Below are positions 61,950 to 64,000 of a stretch of 64,000 bases of DNA, piece after piece. The position numbers were made by a program, and so were the translations under genes. The notes beneath the pieces are model-generated. The model had not been told where the DNA came from and searched no databases. It worked only from the letters and a program-made list of their open reading frames with translations. Every line of letters starts with the position of its first letter. Position 1 is the stretch's first letter. This DNA comes from Haplodiscus bocki. Taxonomy: Eukaryota. Where the stretch lies: assembly GCA_965655095.1 (NCBI GenBank), contig OZ296652.1, positions 42,966,001-43,030,000 on the forward strand. Direction: 5' to 3'.

Positions 61950-62446
61950 AGTGAATGTTTTAATCACCAAAATTGAGCACATTTACTGTAGAATGCGAGT
62001 GAAATAGTAAGAGTTCTCAAAAAGTATGAAAGTTGTTTTGTTTTGGAAAGCATTTTTTGCAATTGCACTATTTTAAAATTTGCGCGTTTTTGAATTTGAA
62101 AAATTTTCATTACCAAATTTGCTGTAGAATTCAAGTGAATTATTAAGATCTCTCCAAAAAGTACAAAACGTTGATTTTTTTGAAAAAAACGTAAAAAATC
62201 TGATTTTCTCAAAAATCGTTAGAAATGGCTGTAGAATGCGTATCAATTGATATCATTTATTGAAGATGTATTTTCGACTTTAATTATGGTTCATTTTTGC
62301 AAAAAATTAAAATTTCCAAATTGGGAAAAGTTACAAAATTTCATGAACTGTATTTTTGATTAAAAAGACATTTGCATCTTTTTATGAGGCTTCTTCAACA
62401 ATATTGGTGGGCGGAATATAGGCCGGTGGTAGCCGGCTGTTTTGTT
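61950..62446 (-). mobile_element. Helentron/HINE-like element copy
   Basis: Ends AATATAGGCCGGTGGTAGCCGGCTGTTTTGTT. Internal CTGTAGAATGCG repeats as in 21736-22125. Confidence 0.65.
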
Positions 62447-63188
62447 TCACATCGTGTAGATACTCTCCGATTCAAGTAAATACTTTTGACAGGGATAAAA
62501 GGCAAGTTTGACTAATTTCGTGCTAATGGTGCATCAATACCAACAGAAGAATTTTGATGTTTTCAATCCGGTACATGTATCAGAATCGATGTTTTACATG
62601 TACAGTCATGATGGCTTTTGCTAGTAAGGTTTGGCAATTTCAGCGGAATAGATTGATGATCAATACAAAATCACTCAACTCATTTCATTAGTAATTAGCT
62701 AATCATTAATTTTTGTTTCAGGTGTTACATGGCTAATACTTGAAATCCGTGCAATAACACAAAAGCTTCAAGCTGAAAAGTCATTCATAAAAGGACTCCT
62801 AATATGATCAAGGCCGACTACTTAATTTTCGCAATTGTAAAAGCCTCATGATTACCTCGATTTCTACTCGCATTGTTCCACTTGTTCTACAACTTACAAA
62901 GTAAGAGATAACCTGTATGCCCGAACAGTTTTATCTTTGTTCACAATTAGCAAACTTGTCAGGACGCTTAAAGTACCATTTTCTGGATGTTTACAATGTG
63001 TGTTACCATCGTGTGACGAGTGTTTCAACAATTTATGTTACAAGTTACTTGTTCGACAAAGATTAAAAGGGTTATTAGCTGATATTAGTTTATTGAAAAC
63101 GGCAGTGCTGGGCTTTATTTCGGAGTCAGGGCGACTTGCAGATTACCTCTGGGATCAACTTGTCATCCAATACGATAACGTAGTTTAA

Positions 63189-63736
63189 ATGGCCGGCATG
63201 TCGTCGCAGCATTTTGAACATGGATCTTCTGAAAGTAGAAGTACTCAAAACGATATGGAGGATGCAGACAGTTTGTCCTCAAAATATTCAGCAGACCAAA
63301 CAGAAGTTTTAATTCGTGGAACTCAGAATTATTGCAATGACGCACAAATCAAGACGTATAAACGACGATGGTATATTCTCACTCTATGGTGCGCAGTGGG
63401 GTTCATCAACTTCGAAATCTGGAATACCTGGGGACCTATACAGAATACAGCCAAGTATGTGTTTGACTGGAACACAAGTCAGATCAGTTGGCTTGTCAAC
63501 ATGGGTCTCATCACTTTGATTCTCCTGCCTCCGTTTTTTGTTTACATCATGAGGCATTTTGGACTGAGGCCGGCCGTAGTTATCACGGCTTTAACTATTT
63601 CGGTCGGCTCTGCCATTAGATTGATTAGAAGTGACAAACCAATGCTCACCAAACTAATTCAAGATACAGGGCAGTTTTTGAATGGAATTGGAGGTGTTGT
63701 TCCAATGGCAGGCTCTACGATGTTGTCGTTGAAATG
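63189..63736 (+). CDS. SLC49A4: First coding exon of a second SLC49A4/DIRC2-like MFS transporter (continues beyond the window)
   Basis: YKRRWYIL, WNTWGPIQNTAKYVF and GQFLNGIGGVVPMAGSTMLSLKW are colinear with the 27576 gene. Similarity stops at the donor TG|GTTAGT (63737). Confidence 0.88.
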
Positions 63737-64000
63737 GTTAGTCCGTTATTTCATGCAAGTTCTAGAGTTGTATTTGAATTGTTGAATTCTTCGTTAATGT
63801 CTCAATCTTAGTTATTGAAAAAAATAAATGATAAGTAAAGTTAAATGTAACCTGGAACTGTTCGGCGAAGATTGAGTTGAGTAATTTGTGAAAAATAATT
63901 CAGTTGCTCTACCTCTTCAAATATACCATGAAGTTTTGTTACATTCGACCGTTGAAAGTCAAACGGCGGATTTCTAATTTTTTTTGCGCGCTCAGAAATT

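Overview
AT-rich, repeat-dense eukaryotic DNA, most likely from an invertebrate animal, with one assembly gap (3982-4921). From left to right: (1) A decayed Polinton/Maverick (~1-8.9 kb) with integrase, minor capsid, core-like protein, major capsid, adenain-type protease and a truncated Zn-finger ORF. (2) Small host genes: a spliced GIY-YIG-like gene on the minus strand and two tandem two-finger C2H2 genes. (3) A family of short non-autonomous, Helentron/HINE-like elements; one carries a ~120-bp satellite plus two tRNA-like Pol III heads. (4) An intronless SLC49A4/DIRC2-like MFS transporter (27576-29066) and the first coding exon of an intron-containing paralog at 63189. (5) A solo LTR next to a degenerate, internally rearranged Ty3/Gypsy element (35-47 kb, minus). 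It has gag-PR-dUTPase-like-RT-RH-IN, a chuvirus-type glycoprotein env and an extra coiled-coil ORF region after env. (6) A very young, structurally intact 4.7-kb non-autonomous LTR element (52181-56886). It has apparently identical 1598-bp LTRs, a GTAT TSD, a tRNA-Leu-like PBS and a PPT, lacks gag/pol, and carries a RING-finger ORF. Degenerate LINE fragments are scattered in between. Family assignments rest on motifs recognised by eye, not database searches. Boundaries of degenerate elements are approximate.
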